A stretch of 62,483 bases of DNA, filler included, from Collodictyon triciliatum (GCA_043381765.1; 7 parts of 7 records of this genome joined end to end with filler, not necessarily neighbours in it); one strand, 5' to 3'. Counted from the first letter of the whole stretch, positions 39,492-51,903 are shown. A program made the numbers and translations. The notes: generated by a model not told the origin, from the letters alone.

Positions 39492-40051
39492 TTCCCCAAT
39501 AGCGAAACACTTAGTTCCGGTTGAACTCTACCAGCCTCAAAGCTGTTTTTAGACGCCAATAGCGGCGACACTTCCGCTGGATTTCTGCAAATGCAAACCC
39601 TTCGCCAGCATTCTGTCCGCAATTGGATTCATCACCGCCTCATCCGCTCCATCCTTCCTCCTGCAAGTTGCCTATTTCTCTCCAACGTGGTTTGTGTTCG
39701 CTTAAAAAAATATACGAATCTGGTTTTTGTTACCTAAATAGACATCATCAACTAAAAAGGTTCACAGTTTCTGTTTTTGGTCGCACCACATTTCGCTTCT
39801 TGTCGTCATGCCACGTCGCACATCGGCTTCAAATGGTAATATCTGGAATTTAAATAATAATTTTCTAAAATAACTTGATTGATGCCCAAATACTCATTTA
39901 TAGTGTATAATATGTGCATATGTATGTGCATAGGTATATTGTTGTATAAATGATAAATAAGGCATGATTGGTCAATAGTATTTCCGTTGAAGTCAACACC
40001 TGATCAACAGCTTTCGGTTCAATATATCACAAACAGAACGGACTTAGGCGA

Positions 40052-40157
40052 AGACAAAAGACAAAAGACAAAAGACAAAAGACAAAAGACAAAAGACAAA
40101 AGACAAAAGACAAAAGACAAAAGACAAAAGACAAAAGACAAAAGACAAAAGACAAAG
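40052..40157. repeat. (GACAAAA)n 7-bp repeat
   Basis: Direct reading. Confidence 0.96.
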
Positions 40158-40324
40158 ATCTGCAACACTCCAACGATCCTTTCCGACTCAGATAAGCAAA
40201 GGGCCACACGCTACAACCAAAGAGCCGCACAGGACGCAACTTTACCGATCGCGGGTCAACAAAAGGTTTTCGGCGGCTGCTCGAGTCAAACACAGACTGC
40301 TGGATACTGTAAGTCAGAGCCCAA

Positions 40325-43028
40325 ATGTCTGGCATCGAAATGGAAATAACCGCTGCAAAAAACCCAGCCCCGGACGAAATGGAGCGCAGAAGGAGAATGT
40401 TTCTTTCTCAAAAAGCGATGGATAAGAGTAAGTAGGAAGATTATGAGATTAACATATTGCTTCTCCTTTTCTTCTCACTTCTATAACTGTCAAAGTTACC
40501 AGTTTTTTTTTTTGGAAGTATACACAATCAACTACCTCATTTTTTCACAGTTCTTTTTTTTTTTAATTATTTACTTACTAGCTTTTATTCGATTCATAGT
40601 GTATTTATTTTTATTTTATTCTTTCATTCCTGCCATCCTGTTACCATCTCAGTCGATGTTTTATAACCAAGAAGGTATTTGCACTTGAATTTTGTTTACC
40701 ATACAACTTTTGTGCAGTGTCTCGTGGCCCAGGGGCATATAACCCCCACCCACCGCTCGCCGAAGATGTACAAAGTAAGAATTAAATAAATCAAACAATC
40801 GAGCATGTGTAATTATTAGCATACTGAATTGTAGATCTTATTGTGTAAATTTATCGTATTACATCTCAATTATATACCATTTTCCCTCCCAATTATCCCA
40901 ATTATTATGGCCAAACAGGATTGCTGAAAATAATGCTAATTGTATTTCAAAATGTTTTTTCTCAAGCTAAAAAAACATAGAGAATAAAGAATAATTCTAT
41001 GTATTTCCATGCATATTTTTATGTGACCCAAATAACCTTCCACCATCGGAATAGAATCATCACGATTATATGCCGCTGATTTTTCGTCGACGCCAAAATA
41101 TTCCGATGTAAATATACTTCATGATTTGGATTACAACATCGACCAGGGGACAAAGGAAGGGCTTTTTACACGAGTGCAACGTAATAAATTGCATCTTTCA
41201 TTTTACACAATAATTTTTTTCCTTTCTTTCGTTTCTTTCCTTGGTATATTTTTTTATATTCAATTATGCTCGTTTCTCTGGAAACCTTATTCTAAACCTC
41301 CTTATGTGCAAATCCAAACTTGAAACTTGATTTACTCATTCGCCGATGAATTCTATGAAACATTTTTTTCGTGCATTAGATTCTGGTATGAAGTACAGCA
41401 AAGCATTCGTATCAAAGAGTCATGACCTTCCAAAAGAAAGCGAGGAATATCCGTACACTTACGACCCGGACTGTGTATATATTTATGCTTCCCAACACAT
41501 TTTGATTTTATCTCATCAGTAACTCATCGTAATATATAAATATATATTTATAAAAACAGTCTCGTTTTCCTGAAAAATAAGGGATGAAGAAATTTTCTAA
41601 TTTAATTTTATGTATTCAATCCTAGGGAGTCAAAACATCATTATCTACTGGTGTTCAAAGTAACTATTAACCATCACAAAACGCAGTTTTCCTATCTCAA
41701 ATTTACCAGTCACTGAATCATAGTCTTTATAAAACCAACTACTGTGTTTCTTACCGACACCTTTATAGAATCTCCCAACAAAGTTAGTACAATGAAATCG
41801 TCTGTTCCTCGAACCCATTATGTGAGTCAAGCTGTCGACCAATTCTTGGATCCAGATTATGGGACAAAACAGTCGCTTGTCACTGGTGTTGAGCGTAAGA
41901 CACTATCTATAATCTATAAGCGTATCTTATTATATTCAGCTCAGGTTTCCCCCATTTTCTTCGTCTCATTTTTAGACTCTGATATGAAATATTCGGCTGG
42001 ATTTAGTGGAACACCTAGAGAACTTGTAAATTATCCATTGCATCTCTACTCGATACTGTTTGTATGAAATGTACTCGTGCATTTAACAATATCTAAATGC
42101 TAAATCAATCTTCAAACTTCAGAAAATTGCACAAAAGGGAATGGATGACCCTTTTAAATATGCAGACAACCTCGACTTTGGTCACCAAGCAACCATTGGG
42201 AGATCGGTAAAAGGTGAGAATGTATTTCTTTTGATGATTTACCTTTTTTTTTTTGGTCGCATAGACTTCATCCTATTGTAATTTACATTGACTCCCTGAC
42301 ATGCAACTCACCGATACGTATTTGTAATCGATCAGAAAGCGAAAGAAACTATGAGGCTGTATTCAAGACACAAGGAAGAAAATCCCCCAAAACTCCGTTG
42401 GCATACAACGCTGAGTATGAAACGAATCAGTACGACATACAACGCCGGGCTATTTGTAAGTTTAAGATTAGAAGTTAATACATTTACGGATGTATCATGA
42501 AGTATTTAGCTTCTTTTAAGAACCCTTCAGCTTTGGGTATGAATTATTTTTGTAATTGCACTTTTTCCAAATATTGAGCAAAACAATAAATCAACACATT
42601 CATCAACAGCTAAAATCATTCGCACTTAGCTACACCTAGAACATACTCAGTCGTGAAGAGCCAAACACCTCGGTTTCGTGTAGACCCTCCACCATCACAA
42701 GGAGAACATGGGGACTTGCATCTCGATGCAGCGACCAAACAAGGCGTTGCAACCAAAGCAGAAAAGAGTGCATTGAAATACTCACATGTTTTTTCATCCA
42801 CACCCCGATTCAAGGACCCGGTACCTGAGTACAGCGCCAAGTTTTACAATGTTGAGTTTGGCAATAAAAAGAGTGTCTTTCGAACCGTGTCCGATTCCAA
42901 TTTTACCTACTCTGCCATGCGTTCTGTCACGCCTCGCTTCGTAAAGACCCGAAAGCCCAGCGCACCTCCGTTGGGGACTTACGACATCAACCAAGGCAAC
43001 AACATGGACATCATTCAGAGAGTACAAA
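40325..43028 (+). CDS. Repeat protein with SHIPPO/ODF3 (STPG)-like motifs, probably axonemal/cytoskeletal; 3' end lost
   Basis: Spliced model has RGPGAYNP, APPLGTYDI and about 8 copies of a 42-45 aa unit Y-x-x-D-x-G-x-K-x-x-L-x-x-x-V-x-x-S-x-x-x-Y-S-x-x-F-x-S-x-P-R-F. Confidence 0.65.
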
Positions 43029-43143
43029 GTATGGCCATTTCTTTTTTTCAAATAGACTCATTTTCCCCTCCTTTGTATGCCTCCTTTTGGTATTTCGAAT
43101 CAAAAGAAATATTTTACCCACCAAGAGCAATTTTGATTTAATT

Positions 43144-43248
43144 CTCACTCACTCACTCACTCACCCACTCACTCACTCACTCACTCACTCACTCACTCAC
43201 TCACTCACTCACTCACTCACTCACTCACTCACTCACTCACTCACTCAC
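43144..43248. repeat. (ACTC)n microsatellite at contig end
   Basis: Direct reading. Confidence 0.97.
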
Positions 43249-43348
43249 NNNNNNNNNNNNNNNNNNNNNNNNNNNNNNNNNNNNNNNNNNNNTTAATTAA
43301 TTAANNNNNNNNNNNNNNNNNNNNNNNNNNNNNNNNNNNNNNNNNNNN

Positions 43349-43554
43349 TAAACCTCGCCTTGTATCTCTCATGCAAGCACAAGACCCAGGCTACAGGCCA
43401 AACCGCAGGATGCAATTCCTGAATACCGACTACTTCTCCGCCACCCGACAACCGAGTAGCGTCCATGCAAACTTTGGCTAGCGAACTAAAGCCAGCATCT
43501 CCACCATCCTGCACAAAAATGGAATGGAATAATAATAATAAAAAAAAAAAAAAA
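43349..43554 (+). mobile_element. LINE family B 3' end with (AAT)n/poly(A) tail
   Basis: Aligns by eye along its full length to 12839-13030. Confidence 0.9.
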
Positions 43555-45110
43555 GGTCGAAAATATTGTATTGACTGTATAGATTATTTTTTTTTGTATC
43601 AATGAAACCCCCTCTAATATCGTTGAAATTAACTCATGATTGGTTTTTCCAACTTGACTATTTTTAATTCATGCATCATTAAATATCATCTACGCCTTAT
43701 TAAAAGTAAAGGTAAAAATTAACTAGGATAGCAAAGAATCAGAATCTACCGTTTATTTGGAATCATAAAAATACATGTAGAGAAATTCCCAAATATGAGT
43801 CATACCTGAATCTGGTTGATTAAAGTATGATTTTGAGATTCAAGGAGTCAAGTTGAATGGACGACGGTCTTCAGCCTATTAGAATGGATAATTCATTATT
43901 TATGTTTCCAAAATTTTGAGTAGTACTGCAGTTGCTAATAAAAAAAAAATATAGGTATGTTTCTTCAGAGTCTGCAAAAATAATTTACAATATTCTTGCT
44001 GGTTCTGCTAATGCCTATGCTGAGCAAGTTATGCTGGTTTGCCGGCTGTTATATGTTATCTGTTGAATACTAGACATGCATAAGTCAAGGGTATTGGATT
44101 TGGAGTCGAATAGAATAAACGAATAGAAGGAATCTGATAGTAAAGGAGAGCAGGATAGTCGCGTGCACTTTCGCCACAAGGGGATTTGGCCTCCGATCAA
44201 ATTGAAGTCAGAGTCCTTGGCAATCGCACCTCTTAAAGGCTGTAACTATTCTCGACCCTATCGGTTGCATATTGATGAGCCACAAATCAAGATTCCATAC
44301 GCTGCTGGCCTGAACCCCTTAACCGACACGTGTCACTGCTTTCAACCAACATGCAACAACTACGGCGTCCTGTAAAAATTTTTAAAAGCCACTTCATTCA
44401 CTTGTATCGAATAAAGGAAAATATGTATAAATGAGGGATTTATTTTTTTCCACCAATAGGCGAATCCCATGAAAAAGGTCGAGTTGAGAAGAGAAAAGCA
44501 AACAGATCAAAAACCAACCTGAAAGCAAATCCAAGATCTAAGAGACGTTCTTAAAGCCTACGTTTGAAGTATCTCCATCGAAGTGACTTACTGTGGGCAG
44601 AGCAACCAGAGATTCAATCGCCCCTAAGCTCCTAGAAAGCATTACAAACTGCATGAGATTGGAACATAACTCACTTAAAATTCTTAGAAACCGCAAAATG
44701 ACAAATCAGCTAAAGCTTCAAAAATAAAAATAGTAGAATCAAGGATATTTCATATAGTGTGTATGCATGGCCAACGATGCTTTGCAACAGAAAGGCTCGG
44801 AAATCCGGAAGATGCCAGCTCTCCTTGGCTTTCGAATTGTTGTGATGATAAGGGCCCTAAAACCTTTGCAGGAAGGAGGAATAGTTGAATCTATTCTTAT
44901 TTGGATATGTAAATAAGTTTTCATGTGTTTTGAGTTTTGGTTGGTTGATGCGCAACATAAGCCAGGGATTATGCTGGGCAAGACTAGAGCCAATCTCATA
45001 AAGTTTTGTTGAAGGGACTCATCTTTGGCCCGTTCTTGTTTCTTTCATTTTATTTTTATTTGCCAGCTTTTGATAGACTACCCCATTCTCGATAAAGTCT
45101 TCTGACTTTC

Positions 45111-47900
45111 TTTTTTTTCCCTTCATTCGTTTCAGTAGTGGGGCAAGGACAGGTTACACAGAAATACATCAGTAAGCACTCAGGGAGGAAGCACGCGCAT
45201 AGGTTCGGAGAGGAGGCGATTATGGGTTGGGGTAAGGGGCGTGGCACTGCAAAGAAGTCATTGATAGCGGTCTGGATGGAGACAGGAATGTTACCAGCTT
45301 CGGGCAGCGAGCTTATGAGGCTTCGTATTTCATTTAGTATGACCTTTTGGTATTCTACCCATCATTCTCTTCGCGCTTTGTCTGAATAGCGAATAATTCT
45401 GATGTGTTTGAGTAGATTGCTCAGAAAGCTATACTCCGCAAGAAGCTCGGTTCTGTCTTGTGGAGTGGGTGAGTCGGGTGGATTGTTCGGGCGGCGAAGG
45501 GATATGCGAAGACTCCATGTGGTCCACAGCATATGCCCTCTCGTAATTGTCCAGAGCACTCTGTAATCATGTGACATTTGGGATTGTGGACCAAACAGGA
45601 TATTAACGTTTCCCATCGGGGCGGTTGAGTGAGGAATTCACATATAGCACGGTGTGCAAGGTTTGTGACCTTCTTCACTATCGGGCAGTTAATAAAAGTG
45701 TGCTCGATTGAGTCAATGTCGTTGTGACACAATGTGCATTCTTGGCTGATTTTTGCAGATTTAGCGGCTCGCCCACCAATCCATAACTCGCGATTGGCGA
45801 TGTTGAGCATCAGGGAGCGATGTTTTGGGAGGACTTGGGGTATTCTCGCTTGCCTCCAGCTGTGTGCTAAAGGAGGGTCGATGATGCCGATGGTTTCTGC
45901 CCACCTGTTCATTTTGCGTGCTTTGTATGGCGTTGGTGTCATAGTCTTGTGCTGAAAGAGCTTAGAGTATGCCATTCTCATAGAGAAATGAGATGACTCG
46001 GGGTTGTCTACTAGGTCTTGGTTCTTCAGCTGGAAGAAATGCGGCGATGGAAAGTCATCTAGTATTGAACGGTGTGAGCACCATTTTTCTTTGTTGTTCA
46101 ATACTGCTGTGGTTGGTTTCGCTATTGTCGATTGGAAGGGTGGTGCTTTCTTGATGAATTCAACGCTGCCATTCTTTAGTAGGTTGACTTGCCTCATGGT
46201 GAATGGCTTCGCGTGCTGCCTCTCAGTTATGACGCAAAATTCCCTGGAGGTCCAGCAGAGTTGTCCCACCAAAGCAGGCATATATAAAGATTCAGTCATC
46301 TCGGATTGTTCATGAAGGATTTTCCAGCGAGATAGTAGTGGTTTGGATGCGTCGGGAGGCGGGGCTGGGATTTCCCCTTCCAAGAATTTTTTCTTGAAGT
46401 CTTTGCATAATCGAGTGATGAGGTGCCACATCCCATCTTGCCAGAAGGCCTTGGGATGCACGAGCATATCTGACCACCATCGAAGAGTCATTGTTGTCCA
46501 CGCTGTTGTCGGGGTGATAAGTCCGAGACCTCCTTCCGCGGGTGGTTTGACCAACGTTCTCATATTATACTGTTGACGGGGTGTTGTGATGTAGTTCCTG
46601 CAGAGGTCATCGAATTCTTTCAGATGGACTTTGTTTATTTGGAGGTTGAGTGCCGTTTCTGCTAATTAGAATGAAGTTTTGGAATATTTGCTATATTTTT
46701 CCTGAGCCCTGGAACGTTGATATCCCATCTGCTTCCTGTGACTGGGTGCTGGCTGTTAGGAGTAGGGATTCTTCAACGCATATACCATGAAATCATCTCT
46801 GATTGTTGCATAATTACTGTTTCGTGCCTTGGTTGGGGCGTGTGGGTTTTCGAACTTTCCGTTGACCATTTGGGGTTAAGCTCTCCATTTCTAACATAAA
46901 AAGCATTTGCCAGTTGCTTTTTTTTCTTTGCTGTATTCTTTCCTTGCATGAGGGAATGGGATGCGTTTTTATCCCGTGCGTAGTCTTGTTCCGGTATATT
47001 CAACCTCTTCAAATGACGGTTTCCGGCGTTTGGGGCGACGTTGGATGAAGGGTTGGCTTGCGGGTTGCTTGCATATCTCTCCCAGCGTCTATTGCTGATA
47101 TTTGGTGACCCAGGATTCTTTGGGCTAGGGGTTGCGGCGCTCCACGGGAACTTTTTTGCGCGTAGATGGTGATGAAGTCAGATACTTTGTCTTCGACTTT
47201 CTCGTTGTATGTCACTAGAGCGTCATCCATGAAGTTACTGCCTGGGTGGGTGAAGTTGATTTCAATTGGAGGGGATTGTTGCTGGTAGGCGTTCATTATA
47301 GCTTTCCAAGTGGCGCCGAGCGGGATGTTTGTCGGTCGGGCTGCTTTGACCACGATCCAATTTGCGGTTGGGGTGTACTTGTAGTCAAACAGAGAGACGT
47401 CGCCTCCTTGGATGAAGGCGCTTGTGTTTCCTTTTTGCAGGAAGGCCAGTCTCAGGCCACTCGCTGTATCGGAAACCATTAGGGTGGTTCCTTTTAACGT
47501 TGCAGTTTCGCGTTCTCAGGACTTCGCTCAGTTCAGTGGCAAAGTTCACACGGTTTTCTCTGCTGAGCTCAGGCCAATACCCACCTTGGAGGCGGACTAT
47601 GCACTCGTCCGTGTAAAGGCCTTTCTTGGTCAAACTCTATTTTTTGAACGGGGCATTCGTTGCTTTCTTATGGATAGTATTTCGTTCTCTCGCGGCGCTC
47701 CCGTCTGTGATTGGAAATAAGCCAGTACCTTTGTCGTCCACAACGGATGAGGCAGTCGGTTGTGGTTCCTTTGGAAATGGATCAAACAATAGGACTATTG
47801 TGATTAAAGAAAACCTTATTATGTTAGAGGTAAGAGTGTTGAGTGGTGTTAAGGACTCACAGAGCTTGAGGAATCATAACTGCGCCAAAGATCTGATTAA
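45111..47900 (-). mobile_element. Internally deleted L1/Tx1-like LINE (family C): ORF1 remnant and ORF2 C-terminal half, no recognisable EN or RT core
   Basis: ORF2 motifs PPAEGGLGL and zf-RVT CTLCHNDIDSIEHTFINCP, LWTITRGHMLWTTW. Poly(A) tail at 45111-45118 after TGAAACGAATGAAGGG. Frameshifted ORF1-like frames at 47009-47700. The 5' boundary is approximate. Confidence 0.85.
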
Positions 47901-48922
47901 GCAATAGAACCTTGTTGTTGATAGAGTCTTTCAAAAAAAAATGCTTGATCTGAAAAAATCTGGTTATGTCACAGACTGTTGGATACGAGTAAAAGTGGAA
48001 TTTATAATATATTGGTTTGAATTAGTACATGCACCTTTCAAATACTACAAAACTTCATCAGCAGAAAATCATTTACACAAATCATAACTGTAGCATGAAA
48101 CATCAGAGAAGCAAAGCTTGATATTTAAAATTGTAAGGTGTATAGCGTTTTGTGTTGACATTTGCACAATTTATCTTACTGTTTAGCCTTTTCTGGATTT
48201 ATTTATTTGAGGGAAGAAAGATGGGTTGTGCGGTGATGGACTCCAGCTTTGTTACATCCCAACGCGTGGATGGACTTGGGTCTCGCATCATTGCCAACAT
48301 GCCATTTTTTTTTTATTTTTTTGTTAAAGGGCGAGCTGGACATACTTAAGCCCAAAGGTTATGAGGGAACAAAAAAGAGGAAAAAGTAATGAATTGAGCA
48401 AAACCTTGACCCTGAACCCAACGAAGAAAATCATATTTAACCATGACGAAGTATGAAATGAAGCAATAGCGAGAGATTAGGAAGTAAAAATCTACAAAAG
48501 TACAAGGAAAGTGATTGAAAGGCAAAAAAATGGGGATAGTGGAGAATAGAATTAAAAAAGGGCTCATTCAAGTTTCCTATTTGAATGGCCAAATATTCAA
48601 GCTTGAGTGGATTATTTTGATTTTATTTTCTCCTTTGATTGCGAGAGGTTCTTGATAACACTCATAGGTTATTGAAATTATGGGTCATGTAAGGATAGCT
48701 TTTCAGCAGGTTAAATGCCACTGAGTCAACCGTATCTTTGCATAAGAACGAAGTTCTTCAGACTGTCTATTTTCATGGACTGTAGATCGAAGAGCTAGTT
48801 AATTACTATATCAAAATGTTTCAAAGCTAAGGCGATGACAGCAAAGGGACGACCTTTCTCTGTGTCACTTGACAACAGTAACGTGAAGATTAAAAAAAGA
48901 AAATATAATAAAATGCAAACTA

Positions 48923-49071
48923 GTATGAGTGACTGTCGTGTTTTATCCACTCTAATTTTTTGCATAAGATATTGGCAGTTGGTGCAGATTAAGGACCTCT
49001 TTGGTTTTTCATGCAAAAAAATAAAATAAACACATCTTTGTAGTTTTCATGGCTTTTCAAGCGTCACAGAG
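48923..49071 (+). ncRNA. Candidate H/ACA-type structured RNA
   Basis: 15-bp G-U-containing stem (48932-48946/48964-48979), H-box-like AGATTA 48986-48991, weaker second hairpin, ACA 49066-49068. No target identified. Confidence 0.3.
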
Positions 49072-49128
49072 ATTGTAGTTGCGTTACCTGCTATATTCTT
49101 TTTTTGGACTCTGCACTTATAGTGTTTC

Positions 49129-49269
49129 TATCAGGTGTGTTGAAGTGCCTCAGCAACCTATCTTCGCCGTTTTTTTATTGTTCGGTTCTTGGGCTGATAA
49201 CATCAGATAATGTGCCTGCAAGAGTCTTATGATTGTGAGCTTAGTCTTGGTGCTGAGGTAGGTACAGTC
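49129..49269 (+). ncRNA. Candidate H/ACA snoRNA
   Basis: Hairpin, AGATAA (49205-49210), second hairpin (gcctgc/gtaggt, caaga/tcttg), ACA (49264-49266). Confidence 0.35.
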
Positions 49270-50943
49270 TATTTTTCTTTTTTCCTTATATTCTAGCTGG
49301 CAATTTTACATTTTATTAATTAAATGATTTGATTATTAAAGGTGTAGCGATTAAAAATCAGATACTTTGGTTTTGCAAAGTCGAGGAATGATAAAGGTGT
49401 ACTGATTATTTTGGTATTTTGCTGAATAATGCTTATTGTGTTTGTGTGCTGGATGGATGCATTACTATAATCTTCTTTCTTTAATACTATTGATTATGAT
49501 ATGTATTAAAAATTATTTAAGCTCAAAGGTAACACGGTATATAAAATGTACGATTTCCTAGTGCCCCTTGGATATGTTAATATTTTTGTTCGATGGGCAT
49601 CGGGCGAAGCAGGCATTTAAAATCCGAATCTATTATATGGAAATGTCACATAAAATAATGTTTTGGAACGGAATACCCAGACATCATTATACATTTATCT
49701 TTTCGTTATTTTCACTTTAAGTAACAAGGTTTATCATACACATCGCGACAAAGTAATGGGTTTTGGTCGCGCATCATTTCGAACCCAAATACCTTACCGT
49801 ACCTTAATCATTTAAATCTGGGTACTATAATCACAGAAAATAAAATATGATTCCCTTCGCTTACATAGGGAATGAATCATAAGTTGATTAAATCGGTTAT
49901 GGAAAACACAAGGATTAGCAACCAGAAGGCAAAAGTAAGGATGAAGCGAAGCAGGGCGGGCTGCCGAAGGTTTTTTCTCATTTAATCTGCGTAGGGAGCG
50001 AAAAAAAATAAAGAGAGCAGAGTGAAAAAAAAAAAAAAAGGAGCAATTTCGGTTGGGTTGAGCAACTGATAATAATGGGAAAATCTTCCAACTCATTCCA
50101 GAGGCTTTCACTGCCCAGATTACTGGCAGCGCACCCAACCAGAAAGCTGCGAGCGAATAAAAGATATCATTAGAAGTTTTTTAAATGTAAACATTCTCGA
50201 ATCTGCATCGCAACACCCCTCAATCAAATCGTTCTCGTCGATTCGATTACGAAAGAGGAAAAACTGGCACAAACATAACTCATTCATGGGCAGTATTTGT
50301 ATTGATTTTCTGTACCATCAGATTTTTAACATTTTGAGAAAACATAAACCTCGCATATTCTGTGTCTTAAGAAAAAGGAAAGAAAAATATATAGAAACCC
50401 AAACTGATGTGAAAGAAGGCAGCGTTTGATTCACTTTTGTATCTTATTACCTTTTTGTGGGAACTTGGTGGCTGCTGCAAGATAACGATTATTTTGAGTC
50501 ATTATATGAAGTAAAAAAACTCTTTTTTTGTGTATGAAGGCGATTGGGTTTGGTCAGCTCACTATGGCCTCTTTCTACTATATTATATTACTTGTGTTTC
50601 CTACCCTGATTGTTGAAGTGCTACATGACTTACTTTCACCACTTTTATCGTCGTATTCTTGGGTCGATAATTACAATGTCGTGCCTATACAGGTCTCTCT
50701 TAATGGCATGGTTTCTGATTGGCACTGAGGTAGATAAATTCGTGAGGTATATCAATAATGCTTTCGTAAAACCTAACCTTTCCAATTGCTCTTAATAATA
50801 CGTCGCATGTAATCAAAATGTTTATGATTCAACTTCTGAGTCATTTTTACGACTTAACACGGACTTGTGTGAAATTTTAAGACACAAACTGCATATTTTG
50901 CTTTATGAGTGAATAGCACTGATGAAGATTGTGCGCAGGGCTA

Positions 50944-51059
50944 GGCGTAATCATGATTTTTTTTATCATTTCTATGACCGAAAATTATGTGTGGTTTGTT
51001 CATTTTAGCTTCATGTGATAAAAGCTAAGATATTGAATAAATTATTATTTCACACAATG
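50944..51059 (+). ncRNA. Candidate H/ACA-type or pre-miRNA-like structured RNA
   Basis: Short hairpin, AAATTA (50982-50987), long three-helix hairpin (tgtgtgg/tcacaca, tttgttca/tgaataaa, ttttagctt/aagctaaga), ACA at 51054-51056. Confidence 0.35.
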
Positions 51060-51903
51060 GGGGGACTGATGAAGATACAGAGTGGATTATGATTGATTGA
51101 TATCGGATATTGATGATGCTTAAAGGAAAACAATCGCTTCACAAACACAAGCAAAAAATCAATGTATCCAGTTAAGAAATCTATAAGTGAAACTTACTAT
51201 ATATTGCAAAAATAGGCCTAAAAGTATTTATAATAGCAATTAAAAAATAAATGGGTAATTAATTATATAATATACATCAATATTAATTTACTAAGCCCTA
51301 TCAATTACATTTCTGCTGATGTGGAAATTGCAGCATCTGTAAAGTTTTTTTACATTTGGCGATTATCCTTTTTCGGCGTAACGGGTTTTCTTAAATCAAG
51401 AATCAAGTTTTTTTTTTCTTCGGCTCGTTTGATTGGGACGCATCTCGAGCTGCTTGGAGGTTTACGGACATGAACGCATTTGAATCCCTTGCTTAGAAGT
51501 CTTAATTTTTGGACTCGAATTGGTTACACTGTTGTGCTTGTTGTTGGGCGTTGGGAAGAGCTGAAAGGAACAAAAACAACTAATCTAACGAAATCCCTGT
51601 TGCTGAAGCCGGCGAAGTTAGTATTTGCCTGGGATGAAGCACGAAAGGTTGGCAATTGGGAGAGATCAGGAAAGAAAAACCTACAAAAGAACATAGAAAT
51701 GTCTGTCTAGAAAGAAGAACCAGAGGACAAAACAAAACAAAGAAAGAAAAGTTCAGCCAAACCCTTGGATGTTGGATGTTTAATTATCCAGACACTTTGA
51801 ATAAAGGTTTTTTTTTTGTGACTAATACTTGAACCACTCATATGTATTCGATTATTGTGATAGGCACCGATGGTTGCTTAGGAGGAGGAAATACCGACTA
51901 ATT

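Noticed and set aside
45362-45364. In-frame TGA as evidence of a reassigned genetic code
   Set aside because: It lies in a decayed LINE with other lesions. Conserved genes splice to open frames in the standard code and stop at TAA, TAG or TGA.
50919-51100. CTGATGA as a hammerhead core, or ATGAA...GA as a SECIS element
   Set aside because: No GAAA after stem II, no apical AA loop, and no adjacent in-frame-TGA selenoprotein gene.
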